The notes under the pieces: model-generated | The model's input: the letters and a program-made list of their open reading frames with translations, nothing else | Databases searched by the model: none | What the model was told of the DNA's origin: nothing | Position numbers and translations under genes: made by a program | In this document: in pieces, positions 8,835 through 16,503 of the stretch | Layout: every line of letters begins with the position of its first letter | How positions within the stretch are numbered: position 1 is the stretch's first letter | Source: an uncultured Spirochaeta sp. | Lineage (GTDB): Bacteria; Spirochaetota; Spirochaetia; DSM-27196; DSM-8902 | DNA length: 24,000 bases | NCBI GenBank assembly: GCA_964486425.1 | Contig: CAZANF010000003.1 | Location: 7,121-31,120 of the forward strand | Reading direction: 5' to 3'

Positions 8835-9344
8835 ATGAGAAGACCACGAAAAAAAATCTTAAGTGCAGAATATCATGTTATTGCAAAAATCAACTGCGGT
8901 GAATTTCTGATGGCGGAAGATAATATTAAACGCTTGATGCTTAAAATCATCCGCCGGGCCAAACGAAAGTATAAATTTCATTTACGTAATTTTTGCATTA
9001 TGGGTACTCATATCCACCTGATGATAAAACCTCTGGATCAAGAAAATCTATCACGAATCATGCAATGGATTCTCAGTGTATTCGCTATGCAGTATAATTC
9101 CTTGTTACAACGTCACGGACATGTTTGGTACGATCGTTTTAAAAGCTTCATTATAGAGAGCGGCAGACAATGGCTGCATACCTTTATGTATATTGCACAC
9201 AATCCTGTAAAGGCTGGAATAGTAACTGACATTACCGATTATAGATTCAGCGGGATGTGGTTCTACAGGAAAAAACAATACCATATACTTGAACCACCCA
9301 ATAACTCTGTAAAAGAAGCTCTTGCTAATCTTGGATATTCATAA
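8835..9344 (+). CDS. rayT: REP-associated tyrosine transposase (RayT / IS200-like Y1 HUH transposase)
   Basis: It has the HUH motif in GTHIHLMIKP, HVWYDRFKS, and the catalytic Tyr region YIAHNPVKAG. The ORF opens at TTG 8817. ATG 8835 is the more likely start. The gene is visibly more AT-rich than its neighbours. Confidence 0.8.
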   Translation: MRRPRKKILSAEYHVIAKINCGEFLMAEDNIKRLMLKIIRRAKRKYKFHLRNFCIMGTHIHLMIKPLDQENLSRIMQWILSVFAMQYNSLLQRHGHVWYDRFKSFIIESGRQWLHTFMYIAHNPVKAGIVTDITDYRFSGMWFYRKKQYHILEPPNNSVKEALANLGYS

Positions 9345-9350
9345 ACTCGC

Positions 9351-9374
9351 TTTATTCACACGTTTTGCACACCC
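9351..9374 (+). promoter_or_regulatory. element related to the 16329-16362 repeat, located 3' of rayT
   Basis: TTTATTCACACGTTTTGCACACCC aligns with GTTATTCACAAGCTTACACACCC, with about 18 matches out of 24. It overlaps a small hairpin, CGTTTT-N8-AAAACG (9361-9380). Confidence 0.3.
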
Positions 9375-9490
9375 AAAACGATCTCTTCTGGAATATTTCC
9401 CTGCAATCATCCTTTACGGAATAGTTCTCCACAGCCTTGGCCTGCCGAGAACTGTCATGTTAAGATATGAACGTGTAGCGGAGGTAAATT

Positions 9491-10324
9491 ATGTATCACA
9501 TATTGCACAAGGTGCAACTCGCAGAAAAAGTATATCTTATGAAAATTGACGCTCCCCTTATTGCCAGGGAGCGACGTGCAGGTCAATTCGTCATCCTTCA
9601 GCCGGATACTGACTTTGGCGAACGTATTCCCCTGACAATTGCAGATGCAGATCCAGAGGATGGCTCTATAACCCTGATTTTTCAGGCTGTTGGAAAAACA
9701 ACCCTGCAATTATCTCAAATGGAAGTCGGGCAAGATATTGCAAATATCCTCGGCCCTTTAGGGAATCCAACCCACATAGAGAACTTCGGTCATGTTGTAT
9801 GTGTGGGCGGAGGTATCGGCGTCGCGCCCATGCATCCAATTGCCCAGGCCCTAAAAGCTGCAGGAAACAAGGTTACCATTATTATTGGTGCGCGCAGCAA
9901 GGAATTAGTAATCCTCGAAGATCAGATGCGCACGATAGCCGATGAGCTTATCATTTGTACCGATGACGGCAGTTATGGTCGAAAAGCTTTAGTTACAGAA
10001 CCTCTCAAGCAGCTCTGTGAAGCAACGAATTCTCCTGATAAGGTATTCGCAATCGGCCCACCTGTTATGATGAAATTTTGTGTAGCAACCACTCAGCCCT
10101 ACAATGTACCAACTATGGTATCTCTTAATACGATTATGGTTGATGGAACCGGTATGTGCGGGGGGTGTCGCGTAACAGTAGGGGGAAAAACACAATTTAC
10201 CTGCGTTGATGGACCGGAATTCGATGGCCATCAAGTTGATTTCGAAAACATGCTGGCTCGGCTGGGATCATATAAATTGCATGAACAAGATGCATTTCAC
10301 AAATGTCGAATCGGTCTTCAGTAA
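9491..10324 (+). CDS. nfnA: sulfide dehydrogenase-like FAD/NAD-binding subunit (NfnA/SudB-type ferredoxin-NADP+ reductase subunit alpha)
   Basis: 277 aa. It has FAD- and NAD-binding regions (RAGQFVIL, ERIPLTIAD, CVGGGIGVAP) and a C-terminal Cys cluster (GMCGGCRV...CVDGPEF). An SD GGAGGT sits 7 nt upstream of the ATG. Confidence 0.85.
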   Translation: MYHILHKVQLAEKVYLMKIDAPLIARERRAGQFVILQPDTDFGERIPLTIADADPEDGSITLIFQAVGKTTLQLSQMEVGQDIANILGPLGNPTHIENFGHVVCVGGGIGVAPMHPIAQALKAAGNKVTIIIGARSKELVILEDQMRTIADELIICTDDGSYGRKALVTEPLKQLCEATNSPDKVFAIGPPVMMKFCVATTQPYNVPTMVSLNTIMVDGTGMCGGCRVTVGGKTQFTCVDGPEFDGHQVDFENMLARLGSYKLHEQDAFHKCRIGLQ

Positions 10325-10342
10325 TTTTAACGGAGAAAAATC

Positions 10343-11884
10343 ATGAATATGGAGAATAAAAATCAACATGCTTCACCTGAACAGTTGCAAATGAATGCAC
10401 GGCAAGAACTGGAAGCAATAAAAAGCATAAAAGAAAACGGGCGCATGAAAACCAAGCAGAGGCTTTCAATTCCACAGCAAGAAATGCCGGCGCAAGATCC
10501 AGTACAACGTCGGCACACAATGAGTGAAGTTGCATTAGGCTACTTTGAAGAGCAAGCATTAGTTGAAGCAGAACGTTGTCTACAGTGCAAAAATGCGCCT
10601 TGTGTTATCGGATGCCCGGTAGCTATAGATATACCAGGATTTATCCAAAAGATTACCGAACGAGATTATGATAGCGCATATAAGATTATTTCAAAATCCA
10701 GTTTATTGCCTGCCGTTTGCGGGAGGGTCTGTCCCCAAGAAAACCAATGCCAGGCTCCGTGTACTGTTGGCAAGTCACTCAAAGATACTTTTCAATCAGT
10801 GTCCATTGGACGATTAGAGCGTTTTGTTGCTGACTGGCATGTCGAAAACACAAAAAAAACTGCCTCCGTCCCTCAAGAAAACCCGTTCTCCATTGCTCCA
10901 TCCACCGGTAAAAGAGTCGGCGTTATTGGAAGCGGACCTGCATCCATAACCGCAGCAGCAGACCTCAGACGAGCCGGTCATGAGGTTACCATGTTTGAGG
11001 CTTTTCACAAGCCCGGGGGCGTTATGATGTACGGCATACCGGAATTCCGACTTCCAAAAGATATTGTTGAACGGGAAATTGACAACCTGCGACAAATGGG
11101 AGTGGAAATCAGGACCAATTTCCTTGTCGGACGCACTAGAAAGCTCATGGATCTTTTGCAGGAAGACAATTACGATGCTCTATTCATCGGAAGTGGTGCT
11201 GGTCTCCCCCGCTTTATGCATATTGAGGGAGAAAATCTCGTAGGAGTATTTGCTGCGAACGAATTTCTCACCAGAAGCAACCTTATGAAGGCTTATGATG
11301 CCGATAATGCAGATACTCCCATCCATCGTGCAAAAAAGGTCGCCGTACTTGGGGGCGGCAACGTAGCGATGGATGCCGCGCGTACTGCAATTCGCCTCGG
11401 TGCGGATGAGGTAAACGTAATTTACCGACGTACTCGAAATGAAATGCCCGCTCGCGCAGAGGAAGTTGACCACGCTGAAGAGGAGGGGATAAAATTCCAT
11501 TTTTTAAACAATCCAAGTCGGATTATCGGGGACAACAGTAGTCATGTATGCGGTATTGAGCTCATACAACATGAGCTTGGGGCTCCAGATGATTCCGGCC
11601 GCAGGCGTCCGATTCCAATCCCTGGAAGCGAGTACACTCTTGAGGTCGACACCATCATTGTTTCAATTGGCAATGACTCAAATCCGCTTCTTGTTTCAAG
11701 CACTCCGGATCTGAATACTAATCGCTGGGGGAATATCATTATTGATGAAAAATGTCGCACCTCCGTCCCCGGTGTGTACGCCGGTGGCGACATCGTTCTT
11801 GGAGCTGCTACAGTCATCCTTGCTATGGGTCAGGGTCGTGAAGCTGCAGCGGCTATCAACGATGATCTTACGAGCAAGGGATAA
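10343..11884 (+). CDS. nfnB: NADPH-dependent glutamate synthase small-subunit-like oxidoreductase (NfnB/GltD/SudA type)
   Basis: 513 aa. It has two Fe-S Cys motifs (CLQCKNAPCVIGCP; CGRVCPQENQCQAPC) and two Rossmann motifs (GVIGSGPA, AVLGGGNVAMD). About 35 aa at the N-terminus look like an extension. An alternative start is ATG 10445. Confidence 0.85.
   Translation: MNMENKNQHASPEQLQMNARQELEAIKSIKENGRMKTKQRLSIPQQEMPAQDPVQRRHTMSEVALGYFEEQALVEAERCLQCKNAPCVIGCPVAIDIPGFIQKITERDYDSAYKIISKSSLLPAVCGRVCPQENQCQAPCTVGKSLKDTFQSVSIGRLERFVADWHVENTKKTASVPQENPFSIAPSTGKRVGVIGSGPASITAAADLRRAGHEVTMFEAFHKPGGVMMYGIPEFRLPKDIVEREIDNLRQMGVEIRTNFLVGRTRKLMDLLQEDNYDALFIGSGAGLPRFMHIEGENLVGVFAANEFLTRSNLMKAYDADNADTPIHRAKKVAVLGGGNVAMDAARTAIRLGADEVNVIYRRTRNEMPARAEEVDHAEEEGIKFHFLNNPSRIIGDNSSHVCGIELIQHELGAPDDSGRRRPIPIPGSEYTLEVDTIIVSIGNDSNPLLVSSTPDLNTNRWGNIIIDEKCRTSVPGVYAGGDIVLGAATVILAMGQGREAAAAINDDLTSKG
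10863..10872 (-). repeat. GGGACGGAGG motif copy 9
   Basis: Exact copy in nfnB, antisense to the gene. The codons read A-S-V-P. Confidence 0.95.
11760..11769 (-). repeat. GGGACGGAGG motif copy 10
   Basis: Exact copy in nfnB, antisense to the gene. The codons read T-S-V-P. Confidence 0.95.
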
Positions 11885-11902
11885 AGACCTGAAATTCGAA
11901 CA

Positions 11903-11950
11903 ACGGAGGTAGTTGTACAGCTGACCTCCGTCCCTTTCATTTCCTTTCGT
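11903..11950 (+). terminator. putative intrinsic terminator of nfnAB incorporating the motif
   Basis: ACGGAGGT (11903-11910) pairs with ACCTCCGT (11924-11931), giving an 8-bp stem and a 13-nt loop. It is followed by the T-rich CCCTTTCATTTCCTTTCGTTTC. Confidence 0.5.
11925..11934 (-). repeat. GGGACGGAGG motif copy 11 (right arm of hairpin)
   Basis: Exact copy in the intergenic region, 41 nt after the nfnB stop. Confidence 0.95.
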
Positions 11951-12029
11951 TTCACTCAATCATTATCTCGGCCATGGAAAAATATTCGCTTCCGTCCTAT
12001 ACTGAATGCTAAACTCCCGAGGAGCATTT

Positions 12030-13241
12030 ATGAGTACTTGGCTGAAGCATCGTGCCCTCATTGTTGATGATGAGCGTACTACCCTCAAGACTGTAGAGGG
12101 CATTCTTGTTCGCAATGGTTTCGCGGTAGATATTTTTACCAATCCGATCGAGGCTCTTCACTCATTTCGTCGCGGCGGATATGATGTGATTCTTTCAGAC
12201 TTTTATATGCCGGAGATGAATGGCGATGAACTCCTTCAAAAGGTTCGTCAAATCAGTGCTGATTGCCCTTTTATTTTTCTCACGATTGATTCCAATCTCA
12301 AGCAGGCAATCGAGTTGATTCAAAGCGGTGCAGATGATTATATCGTTAAGCCGGTTGTACCAGATGACCTTGTTTTTCGAGTACGGAGAAGCCTGGAGTC
12401 TATTCGAAGGCGGCAAAGAGAGACAAATTGGCAGGCGCTGTATGCCGCAAAGGATATTCGGCAAACAGAAGAAATGATTGATCAGCTTTCGAAGGCAATA
12501 AATCAGACCGGTGGCTATCTTTGGTTGGACTTACTGAAGGATGAACTGCAGCATCCGGTAGACAATGCCTATACCATTAGCACCGATATTGCAGATATGG
12601 TGTTGGAAACTGCCTCCGTGCAAAAACAGATCCTGGAATACATCACTATGATTGCTGATACCAACCGTATTCAGCTTCATACGGAACCAATTTCGATTAA
12701 TTCACTTATGCAGAAATGTGCCGCCTTTACTCGACAACGAATAGAGGAGGATTTGCCAGAATACAAGCGAACGCTTTCTATCGGGGTTCCAAGTGTAATT
12801 CCTTCAGGAGAGGTGACTATTGATATACATGCGACAATGCGAGTACTCAATGAACTGCTTATTAATGCGGTGAAATTCTCACAACCGAATACCCGCATTG
12901 TATTATCTATCGACGTATTGCAGGATACACCTCACCCTCAGCTCGGTATTACCGTACAAAATGATGCCAAGAGCGGTGTTTTTACAGATGAAGATGGACA
13001 ACCGGTTGTCGGCATACCACTGTCCCACACCGAAACCATCTTTGACCTGTTCTATACAACCGAAGAGTTTCAGAAGCCCCTGCCTCATGAGGAATGGCCA
13101 ACAGGGGTCGGCCTGTATATCGCTCGCAAACTGATGAAGCGTCAGAATGGGTGGATCCGGACCGGTGTCGGAACAGATCACACAGGTGAACAAGCTGTTC
13201 CGGTAGTCAGGATGACCATGCTGCTACCGCTGAATCAGTAA
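12030..13241 (+). CDS. hybrid response-regulator receiver / histidine-kinase-like ATPase protein
   Basis: The REC domain shows LIVDDE, ILSDFYMPEMNG and YIVKP. The C-terminal HATPase_c shows an N-box (LNELLINAVKFS) and a G2 box (GVGLYIARKLM). The H-box is degenerate (DELQHPVDNA). ATG 12030 has the SD GAGGAG 5 nt upstream. The ORF track starts at 12006. Confidence 0.75.
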   Translation: MSTWLKHRALIVDDERTTLKTVEGILVRNGFAVDIFTNPIEALHSFRRGGYDVILSDFYMPEMNGDELLQKVRQISADCPFIFLTIDSNLKQAIELIQSGADDYIVKPVVPDDLVFRVRRSLESIRRRQRETNWQALYAAKDIRQTEEMIDQLSKAINQTGGYLWLDLLKDELQHPVDNAYTISTDIADMVLETASVQKQILEYITMIADTNRIQLHTEPISINSLMQKCAAFTRQRIEEDLPEYKRTLSIGVPSVIPSGEVTIDIHATMRVLNELLINAVKFSQPNTRIVLSIDVLQDTPHPQLGITVQNDAKSGVFTDEDGQPVVGIPLSHTETIFDLFYTTEEFQKPLPHEEWPTGVGLYIARKLMKRQNGWIRTGVGTDHTGEQAVPVVRMTMLLPLNQ

Positions 13242-13279
13242 CTTGAATATACCGTTGTATACACCGACAGAAGTCCTGA

Positions 13280-13624
13280 CTATTGTATCCTGTTAAACTC
13301 ATCCAGGAGGACAACCTTCGGCTCATGATGGACAGCTGATTCCATATCCATTTGACAATACGCCGCAATTATTACTCGATCGCCAGGATGTGCTAGTCGA
13401 GCGGCTGCACCGTTTAAACAGATTTCACCGGGTTTTCCCGGTATCACATACGTGGCAAACCGCTGTCCATTAGTAACATTATAAATCTCCACTCGTTCAT
13501 TCAGCAAAAATCCGGAAGCCTCTATAAGCTCCGGTGCGATCGAGATTGATCCTTCATAGTTAATATTGGCCTCAGTTACCGCAGCACGGTGAAGCTTGGC
13601 TCTAAGCATTGTTACGTACATCAT
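13280..13624 (-). CDS. panD: aspartate 1-decarboxylase
   Basis: 114 aa. [25 protein letters not shown] includes the Gly-Ser self-processing site. The start may be the second Met, at 13621. Confidence 0.93.
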   Translation of the reverse strand: MMYVTMLRAKLHRAAVTEANINYEGSISIAPELIEASGFLLNERVEIYNVTNGQRFATYVIPGKPGEICLNGAAARLAHPGDRVIIAAYCQMDMESAVHHEPKVVLLDEFNRIQ

Positions 13625-14441
13625 TCCTCCTCAGGGTGACATATAACCCGACCAGTACTAAATCTGGTTCAATAACATCAAACAAACCGGCATCAGTAAA
13701 TAAATGTGCAAAACCGCCGGTACCAATGATTAGCGGATTGTGTTTCTCCATACCAGGATCCCCGTCAATTTCATTACCCGTAAAACACTCTTTTCGTATT
13801 CGGGTAACAAGCTCTCTCATCATTCCCAAGTGCCCGAAATAAAGCCCGGACTGGATACTCTCAACCGTAGATCGTCCACAAGCTGCCTTGGCAGAGAGAA
13901 TCTCAACCGCAGGTAGCTTGGCGGTATTCTGCTCTAAAACCTCCATACTCAACCGCAGACCAGGAGCAATTGCCCCGCCAAGATATCGCCTGTCTGCAGT
14001 AAGAGCCTCCATGGTAGTCGCCGTACCTAAATCAGCGATGATGCAGTTGCGGTTCGGATACAGCTCGGCCGCCCCCACAGCATTCGCAATCCGGTCTGCG
14101 CCGACTTCCAGTGGATTGCTATATCCGATCTGCAGTCCGGTCCGTACCCCTGCCTGCAAGATCAGGGGATCTATTCCGAAATATTTGGAGCAAGCTCGCC
14201 GAATGGAATATACCCGGTCTGGAACAACCGAACAGAGCGCAATTCTCTGTACATAATCGGGTTCAAACCCATTCTCCCGCAAGGCGGCCTTTAAAAATAC
14301 CCCATATTCATCCGCACTAATACCCTTCCCGGAATACTGACGGAATCGCAAGGCGATATTTCCGGCCCCATCAAATAGCCCTGCATAGACTTGGCTGTTC
14401 CCAACATCCAGGCACAGGGTCAACTGATCTGCTTCATTCAA
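13602..14441 (-). CDS. coaX: type III pantothenate kinase
   Basis: 279 aa. It shows [21 protein letters not shown] and GTGGFA, which are the actin-fold motifs of CoaX. Its start overlaps the panC stop by 4 nt. Confidence 0.9.
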   Translation of the reverse strand: MNEADQLTLCLDVGNSQVYAGLFDGAGNIALRFRQYSGKGISADEYGVFLKAALRENGFEPDYVQRIALCSVVPDRVYSIRRACSKYFGIDPLILQAGVRTGLQIGYSNPLEVGADRIANAVGAAELYPNRNCIIADLGTATTMEALTADRRYLGGAIAPGLRLSMEVLEQNTAKLPAVEILSAKAACGRSTVESIQSGLYFGHLGMMRELVTRIRKECFTGNEIDGDPGMEKHNPLIIGTGGFAHLFTDAGLFDVIEPDLVLVGLYVTLRRNDVRNNA

Positions 14442-15262
14442 AGATCACCTCCGATAACCTCTGACAATGGTATAGTATCAATAAGGCGAATGCCCTCCAC
14501 ATAAACTGCGGCAAATCGTCGCGGTTCTCCCGGCGATAATCCATCCGTATCCTCAATATAATCGATGGTAATCCCTTCGACTGCCAGCTTCTCAGCAGCA
14601 ATTTTCGGATCCTTGAATTCACGTAAAAATTTTGGAAGGAGTGCTGCCTTCCTCCGTCCCCCGGCAGATAAACGTCGATTTCGTGAACTCATTGCCAGGC
14701 CATCAGCCTCCCGGACAATAGGGCATCCGATTACCTCCGTCCCCAAAACGGCTGGAAGAAAAAAGGCCTCTGCCATTCGCCGGATCAGTACATACTGCTG
14801 ATAATCTTTTTCTCCAAAATAGGCACGATTAGCCTGAGTAAGCAGCAGCAGCTTCAAGACCACGGTCAGAACGCCGGTAAAATGTCCCGGACGGTGCAGA
14901 CCTTCCATTCCCTGGCTGAGTACCACTTCATCTACCCGGTATGCGTATGCATCGGGGTACATCACGTCATCACTTGGGAAAAAAACCGCGTCAATCCCGA
15001 GTTCATCTGCAAGCTGTAGATCATCATCATACGTGCGCGGATAGTTTTTCAGATCCTCAGCATCATTAAACTGGGTAGGATTCACAAAAATACTAATGAC
15101 AGTATAGGCATTTTCTCTTTTACTGCGGCGAATAAGCTCAGCATGGCCATGATGAAGCGCTCCCATAGTTGGAACAAAACCAATACTATCCCCGGCTTGT
15201 CTCACAGCCCTGCAATACTCACTCCAGGCGGCTGTAGCAGTGAATGTCTGTACATGCTTCAA
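14438..15262 (-). CDS. panC: pantoate--beta-alanine ligase
   Basis: 274 aa. It shows [22 protein letters not shown] and MSSRN. It starts at TTG, overlapping the panB stop (TTGA), with a GGAGGT SD 5 nt upstream. Confidence 0.92.
   Translation of the reverse strand: MKHVQTFTATAAWSEYCRAVRQAGDSIGFVPTMGALHHGHAELIRRSKRENAYTVISIFVNPTQFNDAEDLKNYPRTYDDDLQLADELGIDAVFFPSDDVMYPDAYAYRVDEVVLSQGMEGLHRPGHFTGVLTVVLKLLLLTQANRAYFGEKDYQQYVLIRRMAEAFFLPAVLGTEVIGCPIVREADGLAMSSRNRRLSAGGRRKAALLPKFLREFKDPKIAAEKLAVEGITIDYIEDTDGLSPGEPRRFAAVYVEGIRLIDTIPLSEVIGGDL
14651..14660 (-). repeat. GGGACGGAGG motif copy 12
   Basis: Exact copy in panC, sense orientation. It encodes G-G-R-R. Confidence 0.95.
14734..14743 (-). repeat. 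GGGACGGAGG motif copy 13
   Basis: Exact copy in panC, sense orientation. It encodes G-T-E-V. Confidence 0.95.
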
Positions 15263-16167
15263 CGTGTACCTCCGTTTGTTGTGTCGCCGCCGTTTGCTGT
15301 GTCACCTCCGTCCCCAGGGCTATCGTACAAGTGATCTACTTCAACGCTGCTTGCGTCATCGCTTTCCGGAGGTGTGTCGAGATACTGCTCATCGAGGCTG
15401 GGAAAGGATCCGTTTTTTACATCGGCAACAAAGGAATTCACTGCATTCGAAACGATTTTTCGTCCGTCAATATATTCACGGACAAATCGCGGGACTCGTT
15501 GTGAACCAAGGCCGAGTAAATCCTGTAGCACCAGAATCTGACCGTCGGTTTGATCCCCTGCCCCGATTCCGATTACAGGAATAGTCAGTTTTCGACTGAC
15601 CTCCGTCCCCAAAAAAGTCGGCACACATTCCATAACGATGCTGAAACAGCCCAGTTTCTCCAGCTGGACAGCCTGCTGCAGTATTTCATCGGCAGCCGAC
15701 TGATCCCGTCCCTGCACCTTGTATCCGCCAAACACATGCACCGATTGCGGTGTGAGTCCCACATGGCCCATAACAGGGATTCCGCTGTGGATGAGATGCG
15801 GAATCAGTTCCTCATGGCCATGAACCCCCTCGATTTTTACCCCATCAGCGCCGGCAGACATCAGCCTTCCTGCAGATACCACCGCATGCTCCAGACCGTG
15901 TCGGGTAGAGAGAAACGGCATGTCGGCAATAATCGGAAGCTTCGGGGCTCCGGCACGGACCGCACGGACATGAGCTTCTATCATAGCAATATCTGCAGAT
16001 AAGGTAGATGGGTATCCATGTACCACCATTGCCGCACTATCGCCCACGAGAACCGCATCAATATCAGTCTTTTGTAATAATGCCCCGAAACAGGCATCGT
16101 AACAGGTAAGCAGGGTCAGTCTTTTTCCCGACGACTTGCGGGCCGGAAAATCCATTAATTTTGTCAT
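15259..16167 (-). CDS. panB: 3-methyl-2-oxobutanoate hydroxymethyltransferase with an acidic low-complexity C-terminal tail
   Basis: 302 aa. It shows LTCYDA, VLVGDS, ADMPF, GVKIEG and GHVGLTPQS. The SD GAGGAG is 6 nt upstream of the ATG. There are about 38 extra residues after the usual GSFP end. Confidence 0.92.
   Translation of the reverse strand: MTKLMDFPARKSSGKRLTLLTCYDACFGALLQKTDIDAVLVGDSAAMVVHGYPSTLSADIAMIEAHVRAVRAGAPKLPIIADMPFLSTRHGLEHAVVSAGRLMSAGADGVKIEGVHGHEELIPHLIHSGIPVMGHVGLTPQSVHVFGGYKVQGRDQSAADEILQQAVQLEKLGCFSIVMECVPTFLGTEVSRKLTIPVIGIGAGDQTDGQILVLQDLLGLGSQRVPRFVREYIDGRKIVSNAVNSFVADVKNGSFPSLDEQYLDTPPESDDASSVEVDHLYDSPGDGGDTANGGDTTNGGTR
15269..15315 (-). repeat. imperfect 18-bp tandem repeat (about 2.6 units) at the panB 3' end, seeded on the motif
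   Basis: Plus-strand units are CCTCCGTTTGTTGTGTCG, CCGCCGTTTGCTGTGTCA and CCTCCGTCCCC. The first two match at 15 of 18 positions. They encode GGDTANGGDTTNGG. Confidence 0.8.
15305..15314 (-). repeat. GGGACGGAGG motif copy 14
   Basis: Exact copy in the panB C-terminal tail, sense orientation. It encodes G-D-G-G. Confidence 0.95.
15600..15609 (-). repeat. GGGACGGAGG motif copy 15
   Basis: Exact copy in panB, sense orientation. It encodes G-T-E-V. Confidence 0.95.
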
Positions 16168-16328
16168 GGCAGTCTCCTCTCGCAGAAAGGAGCCGGATAA
16201 TATTTTGCAGACCTAGATCCTGCCTATCCGCCGGTACCCGCTGTATATTCATTCCCTGCATGGTGTGCAGCTGGGAATACAGTCGAGTCCTTCCTGGAGA
16301 CTATAATATATGATCATAAAAACATCAC

Positions 16329-16349
16329 GTTATTCACATGTTATTCACA
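16329..16349 (-). promoter_or_regulatory. 11-bp-phased direct repeat TGTGAATAAC x2 upstream of panB; candidate winged-helix (OmpR/PhoB-type) regulator site
   Basis: GTTATTCACA occurs at 16329-16338 and again at 16340-16349. On the panB strand the repeats end 10 nt upstream of a TATGAT -10-like hexamer (16313-16318). Confidence 0.35.
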
Positions 16350-16503
16350 AGCTTACACACCCTATCGTCTCACCGAGTACAATGAGCGGTTCACCTATAC
16401 TGTTCTCATCATCACTGTGTAATGTAGTATAAAAATCATCTTTCGTGTAGGCCCCGGCAACAGGCTGCGAAGGCTGCCATAGTCGACATAAATTGATCCA
16501 GGT

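Noticed and set aside
9474-9486. GTAGCGGAGGTA downstream of rayT, read as a second REP or motif copy containing the GTAG tetranucleotide.
   Set aside because: Only 7 nt (CGGAGGT) match the motif. The GGAGGT sits 7 nt before the nfnA ATG, so it is adequately explained as that gene's Shine-Dalgarno sequence.
12006-12029. The upstream ATG 12006 as the start of the REC-HATPase gene.
   Set aside because: GAGGAG sits at the correct distance from ATG 12030. A TATACT -10-like box at 11998-12003 would place the transcript start at or after 12006.
16302-16307. A perfect TATAAT on the plus strand in the nadB-panB gap, read as a possible antisense or sRNA promoter.
   Set aside because: There is no acceptable -35 or extended -10 at the right spacing, and no plus-strand gene or obvious structured RNA downstream. 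It overlaps an AT-rich palindrome, which is more simply part of the panB control region.
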